Assembly (NCBI RefSeq): GCF_028641065.1
Contig: NC_073393.1
Span: 1 to 64,000 of the forward strand
Reading direction: 5' to 3'
Length of the DNA stretch: 64,000 nt
DNA from: Leucoraja erinacea
Taxonomy: Eukaryota
The position numbers and the translations under genes were made by a program. The notes beneath the pieces were generated by a model, which saw nothing but the letters and a program-made list of their open reading frames with translations, was not told the origin of the DNA and did no database searches. Below, piece by piece: positions 26,601-38,269 of the stretch. Within the stretch, counting starts at the first letter, position 1. Every line of letters begins with the position of its first letter.

Positions 26601-29600
26601 CACTGTGATGGATGTTTGTGTAAATTGTGTTAGTTGTGTGTCTTGGTTTCTATTCTTGTTGTATGACTGCAGAAAACAAATTTTGTTTGAACTTCATTTG
26701 AGGACAATAGACAGTATTATATTGTATTGTATTTACCTTTAGTATTATCTGATCTGATCTTTTCACTGTACCTCGTTACAAGTGACAATGGCAAACCTAA
26801 ACCTAAAGGTTGTTCAGAAAATAATATTGATCATATAATTATTAAATTAACCAATTGTTTACTTAAATCACTGAGATTATTCTAAGTGCAGAATAACACT
26901 GAAGTTATGAATCAATAGTTTTTAAAATTTCAAATCCTAATTCTGTTTCTCATTTTAGGTTAGTTGAGTTTATTGTCAAGCTTTTGTTCTGTGCTAACCA
27001 GTCAGTGGAAAGATAAAACATGATTACAATCGAGCCATTCACTGTGTACAGATACAGGATAATGCAAGGTAATACGCGTTTAGTGCAAGGTAAAGCTAGT
27101 AACGTCCATTCAAGGGTCTCCAATGAGGGAGACAGTAGTTCATGACTGCTCGCTAGGTGTTGACAGAATGATTCAGTTGCCTGGTATTTACTCTGGGCAC
27201 AGAATACCACCATGCTGTCAGGTCAGCAACCTGATTCTGATTCACAAATAATAATGCATGAATATTTTTAATTTAATCGTGGTCCTTATGGGATTGTCTA
27301 TTCGATTTCAGGGTGGATAGGCAAACCGACCACAAAATGAGTCAAATGATTCTTGCAGTGTTAGTTGGGGTAGATGCAGATAAATTGTGTAGGAAGGAAC
27401 TGCAGATGCTGGTTTACACCAAAGATAGACATAAAATGCTGGAGTAACTCAGGGGACAGGCTGCATCTCTGCAGCGAAGGACATTGTCAACATGGCCTGG
27501 CCAGGTCGATCACTGGAACTCTGACACAGTGCCGTTGCCAGGACAACGGGCCTATATGGCAAAGATGAGATTCTGCTTTTTTTAACCAACTTTCTACTTA
27601 AATCATGTAAAATGGCGACAAAAACATGGTGAATCTTGTGTACTGTCTCAGTGTAATCTACAGTTCCTACACTCTTATACTTAAATATGATTACGTATAT
27701 GTGTAGTAAGTTTTTTACTGAACAGTATGCAAGAGGGGTACCTAGGTACATGTGACAAGAGTATCATTGAACATTGGAATGTACAATCTGTGGTCACAAA
27801 CTCAGAATAAGTGGTCGGCTTGAGATGAAGTGGGCTGTTAATTCTCAATTGTTGAGTTAATTGAAAATTTATCAATAGATTTCTGAACTCTGAAGAGAAT
27901 TGAGGGTTATATGGGGATAGTACAAGGTAAAAATAAGCCATGGTCTCACTGAATGGTTTTAGACGGGAAAGCTCCAAACAACTTATGTCAGGGTAGACAC
28001 AAAATATATATCCTGTTCAATGTATAGTTTGTTGTTTTTATATTGTTTTTAGCTGTGTATGTGTGGGGGGCGAGGGAAACTTTTAAATCGCTTCCCTATA
28101 CGGGTGACCCGACCTTTTCCCTGTCGGGTCTTCGTTGTCGTTGGGGCCTAGCACCGTGAAGCGGCCTCTAACCGGAAGGACCTGGAGGCTCCAGTCGCAG
28201 AGCATGCGGACTTACCATCGTGGGGCTGGCCGGCTTTGGAGCGTGGAGAGCTGTGGTGACGCGCGGCTGCGACCCGACTCCAGAGCTCGGAGGCTCCAGT
28301 CGCAGGTCCGGTGGATGGTGACATCGGGAGCTCGCTGGTCCCTGGTGGGAGACCGCTTTTCGGAGCTCCCGCAACGGCAGCTTCTCCCGCACGAGTTGCG
28401 GGGTTGAAAATGAGCCGGGCCCTTACATCGTCCGGCGCGGCTTTAATGGCTGCGGGACTTGCCATTGCCCACCGGGGGCTCCAACATTAAGACCCGGAGT
28501 GGGGCCTTACATCGCCCAGGCGCGGCCTTAACGGCCGTGGACTTGCCATCGCCCGCCGGGGGCTTTAACATCGGGAGAAGAGAAAAAGAGACAAGACTTT
28601 CCCTTCCATCACAGTGAGGAGGAGATTCACTGTGATGGATGTTTGTGTAAATTGTGTTGGTTTGTGTCTTGGTGCTTTTCTTGTTGTATGACTGTAGAAA
28701 CCAAATTTCGTTTGAACTTCATTTGAAACATAGAAATTAGGTGCAGGAGTAGGCCATTCGGCCCTTCGAGCTTGCACCGCCATTTGATATGATCATGGCT
28801 GATCATCCAACTCAATATCCATCCAGAAGTGGCGGCGCTGCCTTGCAGCTGCGGCTCGCCTGCAGTTCGTTTGTCTTTTCTGTTTTTTCAATCAATCAAC
28901 CTTTATTGTCATCTTGCAAGCAACAGTTGTACAGTGCAAAATGAAAAGACGTTTCCATGGGAATAGCGGAGCATCGCACATGAAATTTAAAACGTTTCAC
29001 ACATAATAACACTAAAAACAATCCAGTCCCTGATGGAACAGTATAAATAAATAGTTAAAAGCAGGTTAAACACAACGTTAAAATACAATAAACCAATCAT
29101 AAAAATGTCCGGGGCAGCTGATTTGAATGGCCAGTGCCAGTTATTAAAGTGTTCGTGCCAGCTGCAGAATCAAGTGACTGTGAGTACAGAGTGACTGTTT
29201 AGCAGCCTCACAGCCTGTGGTAGGAAGCTGTTTAGCAGTCTTGTAGTCCGGGCTTTGATGCTTCGATATCTCTTGCCTGATGGCAGGAGATCCAGGTGTA
29301 TGTGAAGGGGGTGCAGTTTGTCCTTAGCAATTCTTCGAGATTTTTTCAGACAGCGGCTCTGGAACAGTTCTTGTACCGAGGGTAGGGATATGCCAATGAT
29401 TCTCTCTGCTCCCCTCACTACCCTCTGCAGAGCCTTCCTGTCCGAGCAGTTGCAGGTGGAGTACCACGTATTTATGCAGTACGTGAGTACAGACTCCACC
29501 GTACCCCTGTAGAAAGTCCTGAGGATGTTGGTGGGGAGTGAGGCCTGTTTTAGTTTCCTCAGGAAGTGCAGTCGCTGATGGGCTGATTTGTTTTCTCTTG

Positions 29601-32600
29601 TCCCCTTTTGTATTTGTATTTGTATATCTTTATTGTCATTTCCCAAGTATTCACATACCCAGAGGAAACAAAAAAACGTTGCTCAACCAGTGTCCATTCA
29701 GTGTGCATCAAAAATAAATAGAAATAAAAATACATATATCATGAACAAATTTAACTCTACTAAACATTCAACAGGCGTTCCGATCGGCAGCGGCATGACA
29801 GTGGCTCTGCTGCAGTGTGTCCAGGTTGGTGGTTGGTGCGCGAGACTTTGGCAGGGGGCAAAGTCCGTTTAGCAGTCTTATAGCCTGCGGGAAGAAGCTG
29901 AGGAACATCCTGCTGGTTTTGCAACTAATGCTCCTGTACCTCTTCCCTGATGGCAGGATGGAGAATATGTGATGCGATGGGTGGTAGGGATCTTTGATGA
30001 TGGAGATGGCTCTGCTGATACATCTCTTCCTGTATATGTCCAGCAGGAAAGGGAGTGGAGCACCAATAATCCTGCTGGCGGTCTTCACAATTCTGTCTAG
30101 TTGGTGCCGTTCGTACGCCTTGCAGCTCCCGAACCAGGAAGTGATGCCGTAGGTTAATGTTTTACAGTTTATTTCGGTTTATTTAGTTGTGTATGTGTGC
30201 GGGGGTGGGTGTAACATGTTTTTTGACTTCCTTCGGGGGGGGATGCGACCTTTCCTGCCGTATCCCCCGTCTCCGTGTCCGTCTGCGCTGAGGCCTATCG
30301 CGAAGCTGGCGGCCTCCAACTGCGACCGACCTCGAGGCTGCGGAGTCAGAGCCAGGACTTACCAACGAGGCTGGCCGACTTCGGGGCTGTGGTTGCAGTG
30401 CGACCCAACTTCCGACCCGACTTTGGAGCCTCGGAGGCTCGGCCGCGGGCCAGTGGATGACATCATCGGGAGCTCGAGTTCTGTTTTCCGGAGCTCCCGC
30501 AACTACAGCTGCGTCCGCTGGACTGGAGGGCGGCAGCTTCGCCAGCTTCGACCGCCCCGGGCCGCGGAGTTTGAACCGGCCCGTTTGCGGAGCACGGATT
30601 CAGCCACGGGACTTACCTACCATCACCCGGCGGGGTCACAACATCGGAGGCTTGGATTGCCTCAGCGCAGAGGGAGAGCAAGGAGGGAAGAGACAATGAC
30701 TTTGGGACTTAAACTGTGTTGAGTGTTTGTTATTTATTCTATATTATGACTGCAGGCTAAACCATTTTGTTGCACTGAAAAGTGCAATGACAATAAATTG
30801 AATCAAATCAAATCAAATCCCGTACCTCCCTACTCTCCATACCCCCTGATCCCGTTAGCCACAAGCTTACTCCCTCTTAAATATAGCCAATGAACTTGCC
30901 TCAACTACCTTCTGTGCCAGAGGTTCAAATTACAATAGATAAATTGTATATTGTATAATTGTAAATGCTAGAGTAGCTCAGCGGGGCAGGTTGCAATCTC
31001 TATGGAGAAGGAATGGGTGACTTTTCAGGTTGAGACCCTTCTTCAGTCTGATGAAGGGTGTCGGCACGAAATGTCACCTATGCATGTTCTCCAGTGATGC
31101 TACCTGACCCGCTGGATTTCTCCAGCTCCAGCATTTGCAGTTCATTGTGCCTATCTCTGTGGTCAGTGTCACCACCTATCTCTGCACTGATACATTCTGT
31201 CATCACCCCCCTGCGCTAAAACAATCTGCCACCTTCTTAGACCCCCTTCGGTCGTGGCTAACCATGGGTGTCTCCAGGGTTCTATTCCCTATATGGAGGA
31301 CGCCAGTGCGTGAACGTGGGGAGACTGGTGCACAGACAGCTACCCCACGGTCATTGACAGATCTGGGTCAGGATCCAGTGACATGGAGTCCAAGACAACC
31401 GGAGACCCTTTTCTGCTGCAGCCTTCATCCACCTTCCTAGCCATTGTGACTAAGGTCAGCCATCGTCCTCCGCCTGATTCCTGGGATGGCAGGACTTTCA
31501 TATGAAGAAACACTGGATAGACTCAGCTTGTACTCGCTAGAATTTAGAAAATTGAGGGGGGATCTTATAGAACGTACAAAATTCTTAAGGGGTTGGACAG
31601 GCTAGATGCAGGAAGATTGTTCCCGATGTTGGGGAAACCCAGAACAAGGGGTCACAGTTTAAGGATAAGGGGGAAATCTTTTAGGACCGAGATAAGAAAA
31701 ACATTTTTCACACTGAGAGTGATGAATCTGTGGAATTCTCTGCCACAGAAGGTAGTTGAGGCAAGTTAATTGGCTATATTTAAGAGGGATGTTTAAGAAG
31801 GAACTGCAGATGCTGGAAAATCATAGGTACACAAAAATGCTGGAGAAACTCAGCGGGTGCAGCAGCATCTATGGAGCGAAAGAAATAGGCAGAAACGTTT
31901 CGGGCAGAAACCCTTTTTCAGACCTTGGGAGGGAGTTAAGAGGGAGTTAGATGTGGCCCTTGTGGCTAAAGGGATCAGGGGGTATGGAGAGAAGGCAGGT
32001 ACAGGATACTGAGTTGGATGATCACTCATGATCACAGAGGCCCAGGACCGTCGGAGAGCAGTGGAGGAGGGTCAGGGCGGTGAGTATATAAATCGGGCGC
32101 GGGGCTTGTTTTCACAGAGGCCCAGGACCGTTGGAGAGCAGTGGAGGAGGGTCAGGGCTTTTACCGAAATCCGTAACGTTCCACACTCCATAGTGAGGGT
32201 TCTGGTGGAAGCCGCTGATTGGTGGAAGCAGACTAGAGGAAGCAGCTGATTGGGTGCAACATCAGGTTAGCATTTGTGCTTTCTGGTTAAAGGGGCAGTG
32301 CTTTAGTTAAGGTACAGTGGGTTAAAGGTGCAGTGCTTTAGTAAAGGTACAGTGAGCCAAGGGTACAGTGGGCTAAAGGTACAGTGCTTTTTGTTTATAT
32401 AATAAAGGTGCAGTTTAAAGGTCACGAGGGAGCAGCTGTTGTGAGTCAGATACCTGCTGATTTCTCCCAGCAGTTTCTATTGTATTATACTGGTATCAGA
32501 TCCAGGGTAAGGCGGGAGAATGACAGTCAGAGCAGTATACTGTTCTGGATGTCAGATGTGGGAGGTCATGGTGTCGGGATGGCCCTCCAGACATCCACAT

Positions 32601-35600
32601 CTGCACCAGGTGCAGCGAGATGGGGCTCCTAAGGGACCGTATTAGGATCCTGGAGCAGCAGCTCGATGACTTCGCTCTGATCAGGGAGAGTGAGGAGGTC
32701 ATAGAGGGGAGTTATAGAGAGGTGGTCACTCCAAAACCACGGGAGAGAGACATGTGGGTCACGTTAAGGAAGGGCAAGGGGCAGAGGCAGGAACGAGTGA
32801 GTACTCCAATGTCGGTACACCTCGCAAATAAGTACTCCTGTTTGAGTACGGATGGGGGTGACAGCCTACCCGGGGGTAGTGACAGCGGACGGGCCTCCAG
32901 CACAGAGACCGGCCCTGTTGCTCCAAAAGCTAGGGAAAAAAAGAGGGCAATAGTAATTGGGGACTCCCTCGCCCCAACCATTCTAGTTTAAATTGTTAGG
33001 GGGTCGGATAGGCGATTCTGTGGACGCAGTCGGGAGACCAGGATGGTGGTCTGCCTCCCTGGTGCCAAGGTCTCGGACGTGTCTCAACGCATCCAAGATA
33101 TCCTTAAATCAGAGGGAGAGGAGCCTGAGGTCGTGGTACATATAGGTACCAATGACATAGGAAAAAAAAGGGAAGAGGTCCTGAAGGGAGGATTTAGGGA
33201 GTTGGGAGGAGAGTTAAGAAAAAGGACCAAAAAGGTAACAATCTCAGGATTACTGCCTGTGCCACGTGACAGTGAGAGTAGGAATGGAGCGAGGTGGAGG
33301 ATAAATGCGTGGCTGAAAGACTGGTGCAGAGGGCAGGGATTCAAGTTCCTGGATCATTGGGACTTCTTTTGGGGAAGGTGGGACCTGTACAGAAAGGATG
33401 GGTTGCACTTGAACCCGAGGGGGACCAATATCCTAGCGGGGAAATTTGCAAAGGCAGCTGGGGAGACTTTAAACTAGAATGGTTGGGGCGAGGGACTCAA
33501 ATAGCGAAAGGTAGTAGACAGAATGGGAGGCAGGAAGCAGAAATGGGAAGCACTCGGACACAAGAGGAGAAAGAAAAAAAAGGAAATAAACAGAGAATAA
33601 GAGACGGGGGTTTTTTTAAATGTGCATATTTTAATGCTAGGAGCATTGTAAGAAAGGTGGATGAGCTTAGAGTCTGGATAGACACCTGGAAGTATGATGT
33701 TGTGGCGATCAGTGAAACGTGGTTGCAGGAGGGCTGTGATTGGAAACTAAATATTCCAGGATTTCGTTGCTTCAGGTGTGATAGAATTGGAGGGGCAAGA
33801 GGTGGAGGTGTTGCATTGCTAGTCAGGGAAGATATTACAGCAGTGCTTTGGCAGGATAGATTGGAGGGCTCATCTAGGGAGGCTATTTGGGTGGAATTGA
33901 GAAGTGGGAAAGGTGTAGCAACACTTATAGGGGTGTATTATAGACCGCCAAACGGGGAACGAGAATTGGAAGAGCAAATATGTAAGGAGATAGCAGAGAT
34001 TAGTAGTAAGCACAAGGTAGTGATTGTGGGAGATTTCAACTTTCCACACATAGACTGGGAAACACATTCTGTAAATGGGCTGGATGGGTTGGAGTTTGTA
34101 AAATGTGTGCAGGATAGTTTTTTGCAGCAATACATAGAGGTACCTACTAGAGGAGGGGCAGTGCTGGACCTCCTGTTAGGAAATGAGACTGGACAGGTGG
34201 CGGAGGTATGCGTTGGGGAGCACTTCGGGTCCAGTGATCACAATACCATTAGTTTCAATATAACTATGGAGAGGGTCAGAACTGGACCTAGGGTTGAGAT
34301 TTTTGATTGGAGAAAGGCTAACTTTGATGCGATGCGAGATGATTTAAAAGGAGTGAACTGGGACATTTTGTTTTATGGGAAAGATGTAGAAGAGAAATGG
34401 AGGACATTTAAAGGGGAAATTTTAAGAGTACAGAATCTTTATGTTCCTGTTCAGTTGAAAGGAAACAGTAAAAATTGGAAAGAGCCCTGGTTTTCAAGGG
34501 AAATTGGACATCTTGTTCGGAAAAAGAGGGAGATCTACAATAATTATAGGCAGCATGAAGTAAATGAGGTGCTTGAGGAGTATAAGGAATGTAAAAAGAA
34601 TCTTAAGAAAGAAATTAGAAAAGCTAAAAGAAGATATGAGGTTGCTTTGGCAAGTAAGGTGAAAGTCAATCCAAAGGGTTTCTACAGCTATATTAATAGC
34701 AAAAGGATAAGGAGGGATAAAATTGGTCCATTGGAGAGACAGAGTGGACAGCTATCTGCAGAGCCAAAAGAGATGGGGGAGATATTGAACATTTTTTTTT
34801 CTTCGGTATTCACCAAGGAGAAGGATATTGAATTATGTGAGTTAAGGGAAACCAGTAGAGTAGCTATGGATACTATGAGGTTCAAAGTAAAAGAAGTACT
34901 GACACTTTTGAAAAATATAAAAGTGGATAAGTCTCCAGGTCCTGACAGGATATTCCCTAGGACATTGAGGGAAGATAGTGTAGAAATAGCCGGGGCTATG
35001 ACAGAAATATTTCAAATGTCATTAGAAACGGGAATAGTCCCCGAGGATTGGCGTACTGCGCATGTTGTTCCATTGTTTAAAAAGGGTTCTAAGAGTAAAC
35101 CTAGCAATTATAGACCTGTTAGTTTGACTTCAGTGGTGGGCAAATTAATGGAAAAGATACTTAGAGACAATATATATAAGCATCTAGATAAACAGGGTCT
35201 GATTAGGAACAGTCAACATGGATTTGTGCCTGGAAGGTCATGTTTGACTAATCTTCTTGAATTTTTTGAAGAGGTTACTAGGGAAATTGACGAGGGTAAA
35301 GCAGTGGATGTTGTCTATATGGACTTTAGTAAGGCCTTTGACAAGGTTCCTCATGGAAGGTTGGTTAAGAAGGTTTAACTGTTGGGTATAAATGCAGGAA
35401 TAGCAAGATGGATTCAACAGTGGCTGAATGGGAGAAGCCAGAGGGTAATGGTGGATGGCTGTTTATCGGGTTGGAGGCAGGTGACTAGTGGGGTGCCTCA
35501 GGGATCTGTGTTGGGTCCTTTGTTGTTTGTCATGTACATCAATGATCTGGATGAAGGTGTGGTAAATTGGATTAGTAAGTATGCAGATGATACCAAGATA

Positions 35601-37165
35601 GGGGGTGTTGTGGATAATGAAGAGGATTTCCAAAGTCTACAGAGTGATTTAGGCCATTTTGAAAAATGGGCTGAAAGATGGCAGATGGAGTTTAATGCTG
35701 ATAAATGTGAGGTACTACACCTTGGCAGGACAAATCAAAATAGGACGTACATGGTAAATGGTAGGGAATTGAAGAATACAGTTGAACAGAGGGATCTGGG
35801 TATAACCGTGCATAGTTCCTTGAAGGTGGAATCTCATATAGATAGGGTGGTAAAGAAAGCTTTTGGTATGCTAGCCTTGATAAATCAGAGCATTGAGTAT
35901 AGAAGCTGGGATGTAATGTTAAAATTGTACAAGGCATTGGTGAGACCAAATCTGGAGTATGGTGTACAATTTTGGTCGCCAAATTATAGGAAGGATGTCA
36001 ACAAAATAGAGAGAGTACAGAGGAGATTTACTAGAATGTTGCCTGGGTTTCAACAACTAAGTTACAGAGATAGGTTGAATAAGTTAGGTCTTTATTCTCT
36101 GGAGCGCAGAAGGTTAAGGGGGGACCTGATAGAGGTCTTTAAAATGATGAGAGGGATAGACAGAGTTGATGTGGACAAGCTTTTCCCTTTGAGAATAGGG
36201 AAGATTCAAACAAGAGGACATGACTTCAGAATTAAGGGACAGACGTTTAGGGGTAATATGAGGGGGAACTTCTTTACGCAGAGAGTGGTGGCGGTGTGGA
36301 ATGAGCTCCCAGTGGAAGTGGTGGAGGCAGGTTCATTGGTATCATTTAAAAATAAATTGGATAGGCATATGGATGAGAAGGGAATGGAGGGTTATGGTAC
36401 GAGTGCAGGCAGGTGGGACTAAGGGGAAAAAAATTTGTTCGGCATGGACTTGTAGGGCCGAGATGGCCTGTTTCCGTGCTGTAATTGTTATATGGTTATA
36501 TGATCATATTGAATGGCGGTGCAGGCTCGAAGGGCCGAATGGCCTACTCCTGCACCCATTTTCCATGTTCCACCGTTGAGGTCTTGGTTGCCACCATACA
36601 CTGAGATATTCTACCACCCCACCTTCCTGCACTGATATAATCTGTCACCCCACTGTGTATTGACACCTTCTGCCACCAACCGCTGTACTGACACATTCTG
36701 TCACCCCTCGCCCTACTCTGAGGGTCACCCATTCCTTCTCTCCACAGCTGCTGCCTGTCCCGCTGAGTCACTCCAGCATTTTGTGTCGATCTTTGTGATA
36801 TAATCTGTCACCCCCCCCCCCCCATGGCAGCCCCGCTACTCACGATGCCGGCCTCCATGTACACGGCTGCCTCCTCGCACGCCTTCTCCACTATCTGGGG
36901 CACAGAAAGGCTGTGCCGCGGTGCCCCTGGGGGGGAGAGGAGAGGGTGAGGGTGAGGGTGAGGGTTAGGGTGAGGGTGTGAGGGTGAGGGTGAGGGTGAG
37001 GGTGAGGATGAGGGTGAGGGGGAGGGGGAGTGTGAGGGGGGGGGGGGGGGGAGGCGGCGCTGGAGCGCGGGGGGGGGGTCCGGGCCTCACCTGGCAGCGC
37101 CCGCAGGTGCACCACCATCCCAGCACGGCGCAGCGCACCGAAGCCCACAACCGCTGTAGCCGCAT
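17496..37165 (-). CDS. BtpA/SgcQ-family TIM-barrel protein (C. elegans F13E9.13-like), about 269 aa; exons 37165-37091, 36926-36844, 25820-25640, 24122-23972, 19519-19392, 17686-17496; apparent 1-bp frameshift in exon 1
   Basis: Family motifs across exons with GT-AG boundaries and matching phases: (G)MVVHLRALPG, EEAAVYMEAGIDGLIVENMHDIPY, LPLGVQML, DFIRAEGFVF, LLRYRKQIGA..IFADIKKKHSSH, AEFFLADGVIVTGIATG, IPVLVGSGVS..N, ADGFIIGSHFKKAGYWANELD. Confidence 0.92.
19392..19519 (-). CDS. BtpA-family exon 5
   Basis: SSHALTADVSIAETGRAAEFFLADGVIVTGIATGQETDPAQLK; TTTCCAG acceptor, GTACGT donor. Confidence 0.92.
20140..23400 (-). mobile_element. Near full-length Rex1/Babar-clade LINE (APE + RT) with frameshifts
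   Basis: LPTILLANVQSLENK, CFTETW, CRPFYLPREF, SDH; GAPQGCVLSPLLYSLYTHDC, KFADDTT; DPHHPGH..LPSGRRYRS; (CTTGAA)n tail near 20140. Confidence 0.93.
23972..24122 (-). CDS. BtpA-family exon 4
   Basis: DADFIRAEGFVFSQISDEGFLDACASDLLRYRKQIGAENIQIFADIKKKH; AG/GT flanks. Confidence 0.93.
25150..25410. repeat. Four tandem copies of a 60-70 bp unit from the fold-back repeat family
   Basis: GCTGGAGTAACTCAGCGGGTCAGGCAGCATCTGTGGAGAACATGGATAGGTGACGTTTCA repeated. Confidence 0.9.
25640..25820 (-). CDS. BtpA-family exon 3
   Basis: DGLIVENMHDIPYSPRVGPEVTAIMAAICVAVRQSYPSLPLGVQMLSAANQQAMAVALAT; AG/GT flanks. Confidence 0.93.
25990..26740 (+). repeat. GC-rich interspersed repeat family; other copies at about 15-610, 10740-11130(-), 28000-28725, 30170-30815, 55560-57140(-)
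   Basis: Shared blocks CGGGAGCTC, GGCTTTAACATCG and CCTTCCATCACAGTGAG..TCACTGTGATGGATG, then simple-repeat tails. Confidence 0.8.
28890..30160 (-). mobile_element. Two tandem Rex1/Babar 3' fragments
   Basis: QRLHFLRKL..FYRGTVESVLTYCI..W; DPYHPSH..LPSGKRYRSI; each with its own tail. Confidence 0.85.
31476..32030 (+). mobile_element. Older CR1 3' fragment that hosts the young CR1; its tail resumes at about 36500-36565
   Basis: ...GGATGATCACTCATGAT | ATGATCATATTGAATGGCGG... split around the young CR1. Confidence 0.8.
32030..36500 (+). mobile_element. Near full-length young CR1 LINE in intron 2 of the BtpA-family gene. ORF1 (Zn finger, coiled coil, SGNH esterase) about 32520-33477; ORF2 (APE + RT) about 33294-36422 with one premature stop at 35376-35378
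   Basis: ORF1 motifs IVIGDS, HIGTND, DGLHLN; ORF2 motifs YFNARS, ISETWL, GDFN, SDH, YRPVSLTS, QHGF, GVPQGSVLGP, KYADD; (TTATATGG)n tail. Confidence 0.95.
36844..36926 (-). CDS. BtpA-family exon 2
   Basis: CCCCAG|GG GCA CCG..= GAPRHSLSVPQIVEKACEEAAVYMEAGI|GTGAGT. Confidence 0.9.
36943..37020. repeat. (AGGGTG)n hexamer repeat in BtpA-family intron 1
   Basis: Direct inspection. Confidence 0.9.
37091..37165 (-). CDS. BtpA-family exon 1 (needs one extra base in CTG-GG-ATG to stay in frame)
   Basis: ATG CGG CTA CAG..GTG CTG GG/ATG GTG GTG CAC CTG CGG GCG CTG CCA G|GTGAGG. Confidence 0.75.
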
Positions 37166-37207
37166 AGCGACGGCCCCCCCGGCCCCGACCCCGGCCTGGG
37201 CCACAAC

Positions 37208-37241
37208 CAAAGATACCAGAGGAGCTCCTCTATGATCTTTG
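37208..37241. mobile_element. Fused-TIR footprint (17+17 nt) just upstream of the BtpA-family ATG
   Basis: gccacaac-CAAAGATACCAGAGGAG/CTCCTCTATGATCTTTG-gccacaac; perfect 8-bp TSD. Confidence 0.82.
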
Positions 37242-37249
37242 GCCACAAC

Positions 37250-37540
37250 AAGCCCGAGCGACCGTGGGGCGGGACTTGTCGATGGGGGCGGGGGGTGGGG
37301 CTTGTCGATGGGGGTGGGGCTTGTCGATGGGGGTGGGGCTTGTCGATGGGGGGGGCGGGGCTTTGTCGATGGGGGTGGGGCTTGTCGATGGGGGCGGGGC
37401 TTGTCGATGGGGGCGTCGATGGGGGCGGGGCTTGTCGATGGGGGCGGGGCCTGCCGCGCTCGTCTCCCGCCACGGATTTAAAGAGGCCGGCGCAGGCGCG
37501 CTGCGGAGAGAGTGTTGGCGGCTGCGGGTGAGCGCGGGAA
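37250..37540. promoter_or_regulatory. Bidirectional CpG-island promoter of CCNE1 and the BtpA-family gene, with GC boxes, E2F sites and CCNE1 non-coding exon 1 (donor at 37528)
   Basis: GGGGCGGGGC repeats 37270-37450; E2F-type TCTCCCGCCA 37463-37472 and GCGCGGGAA 37532-37540; TTTAAA at about 37477; GCGG|GTGAGC donor. Confidence 0.75.
37266..37451. repeat. Minisatellite (GGGGYGGGGCTTGTCGATG)n, about 9 units
   Basis: Direct tandem repeats in the bidirectional promoter. Confidence 0.93.
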
Positions 37541-38269
37541 TGAGAGACCAAATGATGGAGGGAAGAGGAAGAGGAGGAAGAGGAAGAGGAGGAGTAGGAG
37601 GGCTGTGAGGGGCCGAATGGCAGCTGACAGGGCAGAGGAGGGTAGCGGGACAAGGGATGATGAGGGTTATAGGATGACTGGCGGTGTGAGTTAGGAGAGG
37701 AATGAGGGGCTAAATGGTTGTGCGGAGGGAGAGGGGGATGAATGGCGGTGGTATGGGATAGCAGCTGAAGAGGGGCTGAATGGCTGCAGAGGGGGAGATG
37801 GACGGATGGTGGCATCGTGGTGGGGAACTGAATGGTGGTGGTGAGGAACTGGATGGTGGTGGTGGATGATAGGGGTGGGATGAGAGGCTGAATGGTTGTG
37901 GAGAAAGGAAAAACCAAATGGTGGCGGAGAAGAGTGGGGGATGTGAAGGCTTGATGAGGAAAAACCTTTTCACCCAGAGTTGTGAATCTGCCACAGAAGA
38001 CAGTGGAGACCAATTCATTGGATGTTTTCAAGAGAGAGTTTAGCTCTTGCAGCTAAAGGAATCAAGGGCTATGGGGAGCAAGCAGGAATGGGGTACTGAT
38101 TTTAGATGATCAGCCATGATATATTGAATGGCGGTTCTGGCTTGAAGGGCAGAATGGCCTACTCCAGCACCTACTTTCTATGTTTCAATGTCAGTGAGGG
38201 GATTTGACTGGCTCTCACCCTGTCCCTCTCACTCACAGGACGCCTTTCACCCACACAGCTGCTTGGAGG

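Noticed and set aside
17496-37165. Recent bacterial horizontal transfer or contamination as origin of the BtpA-family gene
   Set aside because: Five spliceosomal introns full of host TEs; homologs are known in other animals
37087-38031. 314-aa Pro/Ser/His-rich ORF on the - strand
   Set aside because: Low-complexity promoter and intron sequence starting within a CR1 fragment
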